Source: Eutreptiella sp. 'Long Island Sound 2002' (lineage: Eukaryota > Protista > Euglenida). From it: a DNA stretch of 64,000 bases. The DNA lies in NCBI GenBank assembly GCA_964036045.1, contig OZ038378.1:54560001-54624000 (forward strand), given 5' to 3'. Under the pieces are notes generated by a model. It saw only the letters and a list, made by a program, of their open reading frames with translations. It searched no databases and was not told the DNA's origin. A program made the translations under genes and the position numbers. Within the stretch, counting starts at the first letter, position 1. Each line of letters starts with the position of its first letter. Shown here piece by piece: positions 12,901 to 26,100 of the stretch.

Positions 12901-15838
12901 GGAAGAAAGCTGGAAAATATGATTTTTCTGGCCTTGGGGACCTTGGTGGATCCGCTGTTGGCGCCCACTGTGCGTGGCCTAGGCTAGGCCGCACTCTAGC
13001 TCCACAAGGTGACCAGTGGCATGGGGGTGTAGACATCTCGTTGGGCGAACTTGAGGATTGGAGGGACAAAAACCGGGGGGTTGCGGGTGAACTACGTGCC
13101 CTCGGATTTGGGATTTGAAGCACCTAGACGAGGAAACGGCCCGCTCTGGTTTTGGGGCTGTTTCACACTAGCTGCGCACAATTTGGGCCAATTTTAGCCA
13201 TTTTGGGCCGTTTCTCGGACATATTGTGGAGTTAGAGGGACAAAAAAGGCTGTTTTTTTACGAGGAAGTCAAGGCGCACATGCACGGTACCAATTGTTTC
13301 CCTTTGTCGGGCCGTTTTGACTCGGTGTCGGGGTTGTTTTGGCCAAATGGAGGTTGTTTTGGGGCACAAAATGCGCATTTTTGCGAGGGCACCTCCTGAC
13401 TTGGCGCCCACGCCCGGGGGCGCCACTGGTGGGTTTTTGGCTCAAAAGTTGGCCTTCCCGAGGGCACCACTTAGGCTCTACGATGGCTAGAGTACAGTAG
13501 AGCCCGCAGCGACGTGGCACAGTGATGGCCGAAACGGAAAGAAGCAGCGTCGCGTACGCTTGAGCTGACTCTTGCGCTTGCACTGCATTGACCCTCTCCG
13601 ATCGCAATTGTGTGTTGTCCTGTGTGAGAGACACCACATCCGTCCATAGTTGGATAGCTTCTGCCTTCCCTACATATGCCGCGCGGTGATACCTTTCCCC
13701 AATGCTCTCCCAATGATCAACACGCTTTTGGAGAGTTTCTTCCTCGTTCCCGAGATAGGGAACCTCGGCCTCTTGGGAGGCTTGCGTGGCCTTGCCCACT
13801 TGTTGGACGGCCGCCTTGGCGGCAGAGGACACCTATGCGCAAAGGTCTCAATAGTGGCCTAATCAAGGGTGATCTGTGCACCCTGGCGTACCTGCCACTC
13901 CTTCTCCCAGCAAATGTGTTCATACTTGCCGGAGTTGCCATATGGGAATGTCCTGAAGAGCCATGCACCTTATCGGGGGGCTTGGTTGCTATGATACATC
14001 ACAGGCAATGCGCAGCTCGTCTCCATGAAGGCCATCTTGCCATCCATGCGCCATTTGACACGCAAGAGGCACTGATTCAACCATTTGGAACTACCGTGTC
14101 CCATGATGCATTAGGTCACGGCCTCGAGCCTCGCTGCAGCGTTCAATGGCACAACGTAGCACACACGGGGGCCTTGTCCCAACCCGAGTTGGTCATCTGG
14201 GGCACTTGCTGCCCCTGGGTGTGTCCTCTGCTGCAAGCCCGTTGCCCCTCTATGCCTGAGGATGCACCGCCATTCTAGGCAACACGTCCATTGTCACTTG
14301 AGCAGGCATACGGGCATCGTACGGCATGCACATGGTTGTGGGTGTCATCGGGAACCCAATGCAGAACCCAAACCGAGAAATTTACCAAGAACCACATTTC
14401 ATGAAAGAATTCTTATATTGACTTTGCGGCGCACTTTCTGATAAGAAACCCCTTCACCTTCTTGGTGCAATTCTTCATCACACATCAAACCGTGCTTCCG
14501 TGGCGGTCCCTACAGCAAAATGAATTATTCCGCCTGCACCAGCACTAGTATACTCCATCCCTTGTTGTCCCCGTCAGCCAGCCACACATCAGCCCCGGGC
14601 GGGGTCCAACATTGGCTCCACAGGATGTCGCATGCCCTAGCGCACGATGGAAGCCTGCTTGTTGCCTTTGCCCACGCCGAAACCACCGAATGGGCACCGC
14701 AACCTCATGATGTTACGGGAGGATCCTTGCGCATTGTGATGTTCTCGTCCTTGGCTGACTCCACTGTCTCTGCCTCGTGTGCCCATGACGTGAGTGGGCA
14801 CTAATCGCACTTGATGTTAGAATGATCATTTGGGCGAAGTGGGCTGGGAGGGGGTGCTAGCACGGGGTTCAATGCAAGGTGGAGTTTGGAGCTTAGGACA
14901 AGAAGCAAACAAGTGACCTCGAATGGGAAGCCCAAAATTTGAGCACCTGCCGCATTCACGTTACTACCAACACGCACTATTGAGCACGCCGGACACATCT
15001 CCCCCTCGTGACAAGCACAAAGACGCGGCACCCCAGAGCTGAAGCACTTCTTGGTGGCCTTGTTCCGACAACGCGATATCACATATTCCTCCGTACCGGC
15101 AACCTCGCAACCATCCTCCAAACCCCCAAACGGAAGGCGAATTCCTATTGTGTATGGGTATGTGACGGGAGTTGTGGCAATGCCTAAGAAAAGCACTAGT
15201 CTCCACCATGCCTCTAGCTTCTAACGACGTGTACACACGTCCGCATGGACATAGTCTATGTACAAGATGACAAACACACCGCGCCCGAGGGGAACAGGAA
15301 TGGGGTCCCACAGACGGGGCAAACCCTCGCGCCTATGGGGCAAGAAGACGGTGTCGGTGCCATCATTGGAATGCAAGTCCTCATCCAAGGCTGCAAAAAC
15401 GAACACCACCCTCTTGCCGTCAAGAACCATCTGGTACGGGGCGACAGGAGGATGTTTGCCCTACCACTTCCTCATGTAGGCACAGGAGGATCAGGTGTTG
15501 TGTACCATGACATGAGGCCCTCATGTAGTTCGCAAAGTTGCTTGTTGCGTTGCTTAACAACACACCCTAGTGGCCCAAATTAAAGTCAATATGTTAATTT
15601 CTAATTTTTAATATATGAAGGCGTTAATATATTAATCTCGCAAATATTAAGAGGTTAAAGTCAAATTTTTGCAATTGGGCAGTTTGTACCCATTTGTCCA
15701 TGCACATATGCGGACCTATAAGGGGTGTTACGTGGTATATTGTTGCACAACGGTATAGTAGAGAGCTTCCAATGTTGTGTTGGTGGGTGTCTTGAACGCC
15801 CCCCCTCCGGTTGCCCGCATCCCCCCCCCCTCCACACC

Positions 15839-17261
15839 ACCATGTTCCCTTGTATAGCCCTTGTTATGCCTTTCTCTCGGGACACCCTTACCGAGCTTAA
15901 CATGACGCTCGTGCGTTTGAGCGGGGCCAAGAGTTTGCGGGACCCTTTGGTCTCCCAACTCCTTGGTGAGTGGGTGGCCTCATCCCGTTTGGCCCGGGCC
16001 CGATGGTCCGAGGCCATGGTGGTTGGCTACCCCTCCCTTATTCGTACTAAGCAAATGGAGGCGGTGAAGCAATATGGATCCCACCTCTTCCCGGCCCCGG
16101 ACCTCATCGGCCTCCTCATGGACTTGAACGTCCCCAAGGTTGGCTTCCGCCACATGATGGAGTACATGAGCCGCCGGAGGTCGGCCTACTCGGCCGCAAC
16201 GGGCCTCCCGTTCCCCCGCCCCATCCCCACTCGGGAAGCGTTCACGGATGCGTGGAAGGAGTTGGTCACCCCCCTTGACCTACGACCACCCGTGTCCTTC
16301 CCCGATCCCCCCGCGAGTGGGCGCTCTTGGCCGCTACCCTCATGGGCCCAGTACGTCCAATCACGCCCATCGCTAGTGGACACCATTGATTGGACAAGGC
16401 CCCTCACCTTCATTGTGCGTGGGGATGCGTACCCGTGCGCCGCTGGTAGTTGGACCCAACTCTCCATTGGGCTCCTCAACCACGGCACACGAAGCCGCAC
16501 ACCCGCGTACTTGTGGGTGATAGGGATGGCCGTGTGCGGGGACAAGGACATGGCGGCACTTGCAACGATATGGGCCGACAACTTGAAGGTTTGTCGCCCA
16601 TTCGTTGTTTGTTAATTTTTGCGTTTTTTGCGTTAATTTCTCGAGATTAATATCTTGTTTTAGGTTTATATTAACGCCGACGGAAAAATTAACTTAATAT
16701 TAACGGGTCCTCTACCGGGCCCGCACGGGTGTGAAGTTGGGTGCAACGCGGGCACCCGACGGGAAGGAGGCCCGTGCGTTGTTCCTCGTGTGGGAGGAAC
16801 TTGGTCCGTTGTTGGACTACGTCCCGGAGGATGGTGAATGGCAAGCCGTCGTGGCCATGCGTGACCTCCGCCGGGATTTGTACACGGACAAGCCGCCCCG
16901 CGGGGACCTACGTGCGGCCGAGGTGGCACGCGCCCACGGTGCACATTGTTGCAAGGAGGCGTGTCAATCAAACTACCTCCTCTATTTGGAGGAGGATGTC
17001 ACCGAGGCCGTGGCCAATGCACGCCGCTTGGGGATTGGTTTGGGTGCCGTGTGCGCGGATGTCGTTGAGAGCCTCAACGCCATCCTTAAGCGCGCATACA
17101 ATGACCACTCGGGCGTGGGGGGGGGGGGGATGCCGGGGGCAACCCAAGTAGAGCGGGAGGGGGAGGTAGTTTCCCAAGTTTGGGAGCGGTGGTTTTTAAA
17201 ATTTGACCTCCCGCTACGCAACTACGGGACCCCCCATACCGCCCCATGCACCATGGCCTAA
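15839..17261 (+). pseudogene. Element D transposase, internally deleted; exon to 16588, GT intron, C-terminal part ~16720-17261
   Basis: LTFIVRGDAYP (first D); WVIGMAVCGDKDMAAL; DGKEARALF (cf. RAG1 NGNFARKL); SNYLLYLEEDV..GLGAVCADVVESLNAILKR (cf. RAG1 TNYFHKTLAHV..SIGAWASEGNESGNKLFRR). The CxxC/DxxH segment is not seen. Confidence 0.75.
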
Positions 17262-17929
17262 CTCATGGCCACCCATAGCCCCCCGCCCTCCACCCTTGCT
17301 TCCCCACCTCCCACTTTCCCACCTCCCACTCTCTTAGATGGCACAAGTGGAGCGGCGACTGGCTGCAGCTCCTCCAGCAGCAGCAGCAGCTCTAGCACCA
17401 GCACCAGCACCAGCACAAGCACCTCCTCCTCCTCCCGCCGCACAACCGCCAACCGAGGAGTCAAGCGAAGACTCCTCGGATAGGCGGCGGAAGGAGAAGA
17501 AGGAGAAGAAGAAAAAGAAGAAGGAGAAGAGGGAGAGGAGAGAGAGGGAGAGGAGCCGGGGGCATAGGGGGGGGGGTAGGGGCTAGCCTGGGGGGGGGGG
17601 GGTCAAGGATGAGTGGGAGGGGGAAATGGTGGTGGTCGAGGGGGACGGAGACGGGGACGGGGATGGGAGTTCAGGTTGTTGACCCCCCCAATGACCCTCC
17701 CCCCCCTCCCCCAGTGGCTTCTCAAAGCCCTGGGCCCCCAGTCTGCCACGGCCCGGAAGGCGGGGCCGATCCCTTGGTCACCCCAGTTGCTGCAGGAGGG
17801 GTGCGTAGGGGATCAACCCGTTTTTTCCTCCCCCCCCCATAGCCACATGATAGTCATGTGGATTTTTCGGCGGTTGATCCGGTGTTTGATTCGCCGGAAG
17901 GAGGGGGAACACAGAGGCACCTGGGGTAA

Positions 17930-19637
17930 GGATGCCTCCAGGGGGGGGGGGGGTCTGGATCTGGAAGCCCCTCCCCGGTGCCCTCCTTGCCCCCATGCCA
18001 AAGGCAATCGGTGTGGGCGCCTTGGCCACACGGAATTTGCTTTTTGACCCCCGCGGCGTCCGTTTTGGGACGCCGTATTACCTGGTGCTGCTGCAGCACT
18101 GGGCCCAGTTGGGCTGGGTCAGGCAGTGGCGCCAGGGCAAGGCTATGGCATTTGGGGTGGACTGGGCCACTATGCTGGCCCTGCCCCGCCCATCTACGAC
18201 CCGGGGTGCCAGCCCTCGTACGAGGGCTTGGTCACCCAGTCCCGCGCGGTCAAGTCGGCCGCGGTGGCCGCGACCACGGCCAAACCGGGGGCCCAGGCGG
18301 CCCCAATGGCCAGTGCGGGAGCCCCTACGGCCCCTGCGGAGGCCCGCAGTGCCGCCGCACTCTCCCGGGAGGCCATGGGGGCAGTGCAGGCAGGCGGAGT
18401 TAACGGGAGTTTTGAGGTATGTTGCTTGCCTGCCTGCATTAACTTTTAGGACGCCAGCTTTAATTTCTCGAGATTAATATTTAATTTTTGCGCCGCCGGT
18501 CGAAATATTAAAAGTTAAGAGTTAATATTAGAGTCGAAAAATTAAAAATGTCGCCGAAAAAATTAATTTACTTTTTTTTCCATTTTTTTTTTGCAGGTGA
18601 TTGACGTCGTGGTCAACGCAACGAATGCCAGGCCCATCCGGGTGGCCTGGCCAAACGCTGAGGGCTCCTAGGAAGTACCCTTGGGGGCCCTCCATCGCAT
18701 CGTGGCCCGGATTTCACCCCTGGGCCTTGCTCTCTTGCGCGGTCTCCACGACTGGGAGACTTCGCGCGTGGTGAGCGGCGCATGGGTGGCACCGCGCCAC
18801 TTCCGCCCCGGGGAGTGGGCTTGGATGCAGAAGGTGGGGTACGCGGGGGGGGGAGGATGAGGAGATGTGGGGGAGCATGGGTGGGGGCGGGGTGAGCGAG
18901 GGGGAGGAGGGGGGGGGGGGGCGTCCACCACCACCGCCCCCCCCCCCCAAGCGAAGCCCAACCCCCCCAACCCGCCCCCAAAAACAAAAGTTTTCTTTCA
19001 AGTCGTGCGACGAAAGCGACAACGGGGCGATCCCCCGGCCCAAAAGGCCCAAACCCCCCCGCCCCCCACTACCACCACCGCACGGCCTACGAAGGCCGTC
19101 CCCGCCCCGAAACCCACCAACCCCCCCAAGGCCGCCACCACAACCCCCCCCCCCCCCACCAAGACCGGCACCCCCAAGGGTGCCGCGAAGAAGGACGACC
19201 GTCCCGGGGATCCGATCATCGGGACGGTCGTCCACGTACCCTACCCCAAAGGGGTAGAGAGGGGCACCGTCCGTGGTATCCACGGGCGGAAGTACGGTGC
19301 CGTTTGGGTGGAACACCCCGGCGGCACCACCCTCGATGAGGTGAGCCGCTCCCTCCTCTTCCCCACCCCCGAGGAGGCCAAGCGGCACCGGGAAGAGGCC
19401 CAGGCGGCGGGCCAAAAGAAGGCCAAACCCCCCACCCCCACAAACGAAGCGTCTAACCCCCCGAACGCAAACCCTACCACCGAACCCACTATCCCAACTA
19501 ACCCCAGTAACCCCACTAACCCACCATCCGGACCCGCGAAGATGTGGGACCCCACGACGCGGTCCCACGAGGTACTGAGGTATGAGGGCCCGGATAGGGA
19601 CCCAAGGGGCCACAATGGCCGTGGACAACAAACATAA
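17930..19637 (+). pseudogene. Element D accessory gene(s): Zn-knuckle-like motif, GT-AG intron 18417-18596, Pro-rich linker, Tudor/SH3-like barrel
   Basis: NRCGRLGHTEFA at ~18010; phase-0 intron GAG|GTATG...TTTTTGCAG|GTG splices in frame; IIGTVVHVPYPKGVERGTVRGIHGRKYGAVWVEHPGGTTLDEVSRSLLF at ~19215-19360. Confidence 0.55.
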
Positions 19638-20189
19638 ACACACACATGATGCATTCCATGTTGCGTTGTGCCATTGGTAGGAGGGTTAACATTTGGGGAA
19701 ATGAGTTAATATTTGTGACATTAATATTAATGCCGGCGACCCTTTAATTTTTAACTTTTCAAATATTAATGGAAAAATTGAAAACAAAAATTAAAGCCGA
19801 GAGCCACTTTAACATTTTGAAACAACCACATGGGTAGGACCCCCCCACCAACCCCCGGGGGGAAATGACACCCAAGCCCATAAGGCAACCCATGGGGGTC
19901 ATAATTTTCACGGCAATCCCCCTAACCCCCCCTAAAAAAAGTGAAACTTGAGATTACCGTGTTAATTTTTGGCCAGATATTAAATATATTGACTTTAATT
20001 TGGGCCACTAGGGCATGGATTGGGGACTACAAGGCGTACCAAGTGGCAACATTGGGTGCCGAGGGGCATGCAAGGCAGATGTTCCATTGCGACATGAGGA
20101 TCCGTGGTGAAGCCCAACAAAATCATTGAACACCGGGTCCCAACTCTCGATCGGTCGAGGTTCGTGGGCCGCCACAACGTTAGCAAGTG

Positions 20190-23100
20190 TCCACACCAAG
20201 TCCCACCGCCCGCTGCATCCAGGAAGTGCGGCGGTGTATCGCACTAGTACCACTGCCCGCTACCCACAAGCAGTGAGACAATGCGCGGAAGGAGTTTCGC
20301 GGACCATCGCGCATAGGCACCAAGGCAATGCACATAAGCAGTTCCGCTACCCATTGCCTTCAGGCACAGAGGCAATGCACTGAAAGAGTCCCACTAACCA
20401 ATGGCCGCAGGCATGGAGGTAATGTGCCGCAAAAGATCTATTGCCCGCTGCCCGCAAGCAGTGAGTCAATGCCTGGCAGGACTTCCACTGCCCACTGCCC
20501 CGAGGGAGTGCAACGGTGAATTGCATGAGTTCCACTACCCACTGCCCCCCAAGAGCGATGCAGTGTGGAGCAGAAGATCCACTGCCGGCAACCCGAAGAT
20601 AGCGAAACGAGTAGGGACCAAGATTTCCATTGCTCGATGACCCGAGCCAGTGTGGCGGTGGGAAGCAAGAGATCCACTGCCCATTGCACCAAGGCAGCGC
20701 GGCAGTAAAATGCATGAGTTACACAGCCCACCGCCACAGCGCCGGGCGGCAGTGACTTATAGGAGTACAACTACCAGCTGCAACAAGGAAGTGGGGCACT
20801 GTGCAAAGGCCCAGTAGCGCCCGGGGGTACCATGGCGTGGGCCTTGCATGAGTTGCAACGGCACCGGCAACCGCAGGGCAAAGAGTCCCCATGGCGGCCT
20901 TAAACAGATGGCATCAAACGAAGGGACGCAAGCAGCCGCCGCGCAAGTGCCACACGGAGCGCGCAAACACACACACCCCTGCCCGGCTTTGCTGTTCCCG
21001 TAGGCAACACATGCCAACAAATTGCCTTCCAGCAAAGTTGCCACACATCGCATTACATCACATTACATCAAATCACATAACATCACATCACACCGCCTTG
21101 CGTCACACCACATCACATCACCGTGGGGGGCCCACCGCCAAGTGCCCCCAGACACTGCAGCCATGTACCACAGAAGTTTGACCATCCACTGCCCCGGGAC
21201 AATGTGCCAATGTACCACAAGAGTTCCACTGTTGTAGCCTCAAGGTAGAGCGGCGGTCTACCGCACACGTTCCATGCCGCAGTGCCTCAGGACAATGCCG
21301 TAGTGTACGAAGCGGATCCACTACCTGCTGCCCCAAGGCAGTGATGGGGTGTACCGAAGGGGCACCACTAGCCTCAAGCCCAACGCAGTGCGGCAGGGTA
21401 CAGCAAATATCCACCACCGAATGGTCCCAAGGCGATTCATCAATATTCCGCAAAAATTCCACCGCCAAGTGGCCGCAGGCAATGAGGCAGTGTACCACAC
21501 GCTTTCTAGTGCCCACCCACCCCAAGCAGTGCGGCACTTTGCTGCACAGATTTAACACCCCATTTCCCCAAGGCAATGCGGCAGTATACCCTAGGCGTTC
21601 CACGACCCACTGCCCAGCGGCGCTGAGGCGGTTTAGTGAAGGAATTCCACTACCCACTCCGCCAAGGCAGCACTGCACTAAACAACGGAAGCTTCACAAC
21701 CAACTGCCCAACACCGGTGTGGCAACACACTGCAAGAGTCCCACCACCCAGCGCTTAAAGGCTATGCCGGAATGTACTAAGGTAGTTCCACGGCCCAATG
21801 CCCCAAGGCAGTGTGGGGATGTATCGCCGGAGTTCCATTGCCCACTGCCCACTGCCCCAATGCAGTGTGGCGGTCTACCACGCGGTTCCACGGCCCATTG
21901 CCCCAAGGCAATGTAGGAGTGTAGTGAAGGAGGTCCACCGCCCATTGCCGCAAGGTAGTGACGCAGTGTACCGCAACATTTCCATAGCATAATGGCCCGA
22001 GGTAGTGTGTCCCTGTACCGCATGCATAACCCTGCCAACTAGCCCACGGCGCTGCAGTGGTGTACCGCAGCATTTCGACTGCCCACTAGGCCGAGGTGTT
22101 GCACAGGACTACAAGACTTTGACGGCCCAATGCCCTTGGCATTGCGGCACCGTACCGAACGATTTCCACAACCCGGTGCCCCGAGGGAGTGCATTGGTCT
22201 GCCGCGTGGTTCCATGGCCTAGTGCCCCAATGGACCGCGGCAATGTACCAAAGGAAATTGACTACTCACTGCCCCCAAGCAAAGCGGCCGCGTACCGCAA
22301 GAAGTCCAATACCCACTACCCGAAGCGAGGCAGCGCTGTACTTGAGGGGCTCCACTGCCCACTGCCCCAAAGTAATGTGGCGGAATACCGCAAGAGCTAC
22401 AATGCCAACTACTGCAAGGTACCGAGGCAATGCACTGTGATAGTCACAGTGCCGGTTGCCCCAAAATAGTGTGGCATTGTGCCGAAATACTTCAACGTAT
22501 GCCTGCCCCAAGGCAGTGCGGCGGTCGACCGCACGGACTACATGGCCCACTGAGCCAAAATGATGTAAGAGTTTATCCAAGCACTTCCAATACAGGTTGC
22601 ACCAAAGCGTTGCAGCGGTGTATCCGAGGACTTCCACTACCCTCTTGCCCAATGCACTGCGGCAGTGTCCCGCAAAAGTTCAACCGCTAAGCACCCCAAG
22701 GCAATGCGGCCGTGTAAAGTAGGCATTGCGCGGCCCCTCGCACCAAGCACTCCGGCAATGTACCGCAAGAGGTCCATTGCCCACTACCCTTAGAAGAGGC
22801 GGCAGTGTATTGGGGGAGCTCCACTGCCCACTACCCTAAACCAATGTGGTGGATTAGCGCAACAATCCCACTACCGACTGCCCTAAGGTAGTGTGGCGGC
22901 GCAGCAAGAGTGTCACGCCGCCGAGTGTCCCAAGGCAACGCGGCGGTGCACCGCACATGTTCCAATGGTGGCTGCCCCAAGGCACCCCTTCGTTACCTTG
23001 CCTCGGTGCCTCTCAGCAATGGCCGGTGGCACTCTCTGGTACAGTCCCGCGTTGCCTCAGAGAAGTGGGCCGCGGAACCCCTGCAGTGGGTTGCCGCACT

Positions 23101-26100
23101 GCCCAGGCCTAGTGAGAAGTGGAATACCTGCGGTACACCGCCGCACTACCTTCGTGCAGTCAGCGGAGGAACTGTTGCGGTATATTGCCGCACTGTGTTG
23201 GGCCACAGGGTAGTGGAACCCAATAAGTACACCGCTGCATTGCCTTGGGGCAGCACGTACTGATTGCTTGGGCACACCCCCATATTGCCCGGGGGGTAGC
23301 GGGCCATGGCACCGCTGCAGAAAACCTCCTACACTGCCGACTCCCCCCAAGGCAATGCAGCAACCTACAGCAAGAGTTCCATAGCCCAATGCTCCGAAGC
23401 AATGCGGCGGTGTACTACAGGAGTTCCACTGCACATTGTCCTCGGGTGTGCGGCAAGACTTCCAAAACCCACTGCCCGAAAGGGGTGTGGCAATGTACCG
23501 CAGGAGTCCCACCAGCCAGTACCTCATGGGAATGTGTGAATGTACCGAAAGAGTCCACGGCCCACCGCCCCAAGGCGGTGTGACAATGTACCGCACGAGT
23601 TCCACCGCCCACTGCCTGGAGGTAGTGAAGCGGTCTACCGCAAGGTGTCACGCGACGTTGCCCCAAGTCAATGCACTGCAGCGCACGAGTTCCACCGACG
23701 ACTGCCAAAATGTAGTGCCGCAGTCCACTGCAACAGTTCCATTGGCCATTGCCCTCTCGCCCTAGGTAGTGCGGTGGTGAACCGCAGGATTTCCACTGCC
23801 CGATGGCCCGAGACGGCGCGGCAGTGTAACACAAGCAATCCACTGCCCAAGACCCGAAGGTAGTGCGGCATCGCACCGCCGGCATTCCAAGACCTACTAG
23901 CTCTAGGTACTGCACCTATGTACCGAGTTACCTACCGAGTTACCTATGCACCTATGTACCGACCACTAGTTCAACTGCCGGATGCCCTTGGCACTAGGGC
24001 ACTATACCCAAGGAGTTCCACTGCCCACTGCCCCAAAGAGTGCCGCGGTGTACCGTGGGGGTCCGTGGGCCAGTACCCTAGGGCAATGCAGGAGTGTACC
24101 GAAGGAGTTCCACTACCCAATGCACCTGGGCAGCGCAGTGGGTACCTAAGACTTCTGCTTCTCACCTCCACCAATCATCGCAATAGTGTACAACAACAGC
24201 TCGGCAGTCCACTGCCCCCAAGCAGAGCAGCGGTGTACCACAAGAATTCCACTGCCGAAAGCCCCAAGGGGAGCTGGCAATGTACTGGAGGAGCTTCAAT
24301 GCCCACTACCGCGAAGCAGCGTGGCAGAGTACCGCATGAAGTGCACGTATATTGCCCCACCATCTGGGGCAATGGGCCATGGAACTGCTGCGTACACAGC
24401 CGCACTGCCTAGCGCCTAGGGGCCATGGTAAGAGGTAAACCTGCGGTACACTACCGCGCGGCCTTTGGGCCATGGGTCGTGGAACTCATGCGATACTAAG
24501 CCGCACTGCCTAGGGGTGGTGTGTACTGGAACTCCTGTGGTGCACTACCACACTACCTAGCGGTAATTAGCAGTGGAATTGCTACGGTACACCATCGGAC
24601 TAGATCGGGGCAGTGGGCACTGCAACTGTTGCAATACACCGTCACACTGCCTTGGGCACCGTGCGGTGCAATGTATGTGGTACACCGCAGGACAGCTCGG
24701 GGGCGCCGGGTAATGGAACTCCTTTGGTAAACAGCCGCATAGCCTTGGGGCTGAGGGCAACGGAACCCGCAAGAGTTCCATTGCCAATAGCCACAAGGAG
24801 TGCGGTGGTGTACCGCATTAATTCCACGGCCCATTGCCACAATGCAGTGTAAGGCAACAGTTCGATGCCCCACTGCACGGAGGTAGTGCACCGGTGTACA
24901 GCAAGCATTCTAGCGCCCACTAGCCCCGGGCATTGCGGTGGGGTACCGGAAGCGTTCAACTACCCATTGACCCGACATTGTGCGGCGGTGTACCGCAAGA
25001 GATCCATTGCCTAAGGCCCCGAGGCAATGTAGCAATGTACCGCCCGTGATTGAGTGCCCACTAGCCGTGGGCATCGCACCTATGTACCGCAAAAGTTCGA
25101 CGGCCCACTGCCCTTGGCATTGGGGCAGTGCACCAACAGAGTTGCACTACTAACCCCCCAAAGGTGGTGTGACAATGCGTAGGGAGACGCACACCGCCCA
25201 CTGCCCCAAGGCAGTGCGCCGGTGTACCGCAACACTTCCAAAGGTGTTTGCCCCAGTGGAGTGTGGCGGTCTCCCGCAAGGGTTCCATGGCCCCTTGCCC
25301 CAAGTCAATGTAGGAGTGTACCGAAGCAGGTCCAATAGCGGCTGCCCCAAGGCAGTGCGGCAGCGCAACGGAGGAGTTCCCCTACCCTCCGGCCCAACAC
25401 CTTGGGGCAATGTACCGCCAAAGTTCTAGTGCCGAAAGCACCAAGGCAATGCGGCCGTGTACCGTAGGCATTCCACTGCCCACTGCCACCAGATAGTGAG
25501 GTAGTGTCCTACAAGAGGTCTGCTGCCCCCTACACCAAGGTGAGGCGGCAGTGGACTTGAGGAGCTCAACTACCAAGTACCCCGAAGCGTTGTGGCTGAG
25601 TACCGGAGGAGGTCCATTGTTGATTGCCCCAAGGTAGTCTGGCAGTGTGCTACAAGAGTCACACCGCCAAGTGCCCCAAGGCAGTGCGGCAATTAAGTGC
25701 AGCAGCTCCACTGCGGGCGGCCCCTGGGCAGCGCGGTCTACCGTAGGGGTGCATGGCTCGCTGCCCCAAGGCAATGTGGCAGTGTACCGAAGCACATCCC
25801 CTATCTGCTGCCACAACGAAGTGCGGCGGTGTACTGAAGGGGTTCCACTACCTTCTGTCCCAACGCACTGCGACGGTGTACCGCAAGAATTCCACCGCGG
25901 TTTGCCCCAAGGCAGTGCGGCGGTCGATTGCAGGGGTTCCATGGCCTAGTCACCCAAGGCAATGGGCGGGTGTACCCAAGCAGATCCACGACCCGTTGTC
26001 CCAAGGCACTGCAGCGGTGTACCGAAGGGGTTCCACTTTCTTCTAGCCCAAAGCACTGTGGCAGTGTACCGCAAAAGTCACACCGCCAACTACCCCAAGA

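Larger units (their letters stand above)
15565..20013 (+). mobile_element. Element D: 4449-bp TIR DNA transposon with RAG1/Transib-like transposase; 28-bp perfect TIRs; 2-bp TSD (CA)
   Basis: CCCTAGTGGCCCAAATTAAAGTCAATAT at 15565-15592 and its reverse complement at 19986-20013. Removing the element and one CA restores NNTWIGDYKAYQ, matching NNTWSGDHKAYQ of the paralog near 59450. Confidence 0.93.
13500..20190 (-). mobile_element. Truncated B-family copy: coiled-coil gene plus 2OG-dioxygenase-like gene, interrupted by an inversion and by element D
   Basis: 13500-15431 is collinear with ~57200-59385 (e.g. WLF.TF.YG.SGKY.HIC; DGKRVV.VF.ALDEDL); homology resumes at 20014-20180. Confidence 0.85.

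Noticed and set aside
13326-13495. Helitron 3' end (hairpin plus CTAG)
   Set aside because: The hairpin is about 60 nt from the CTAG, the other copy ends CTAC, and no 5' TC end or Rep/helicase was found.
16664-16705. VYINADGK as the second catalytic Asp of element D after an AG at 16663
   Set aside because: It is too close to the preceding helix compared with A, B and RAG1, and neither the acceptor nor the Asp is conserved in the 37.6-kb relative. Left unresolved.
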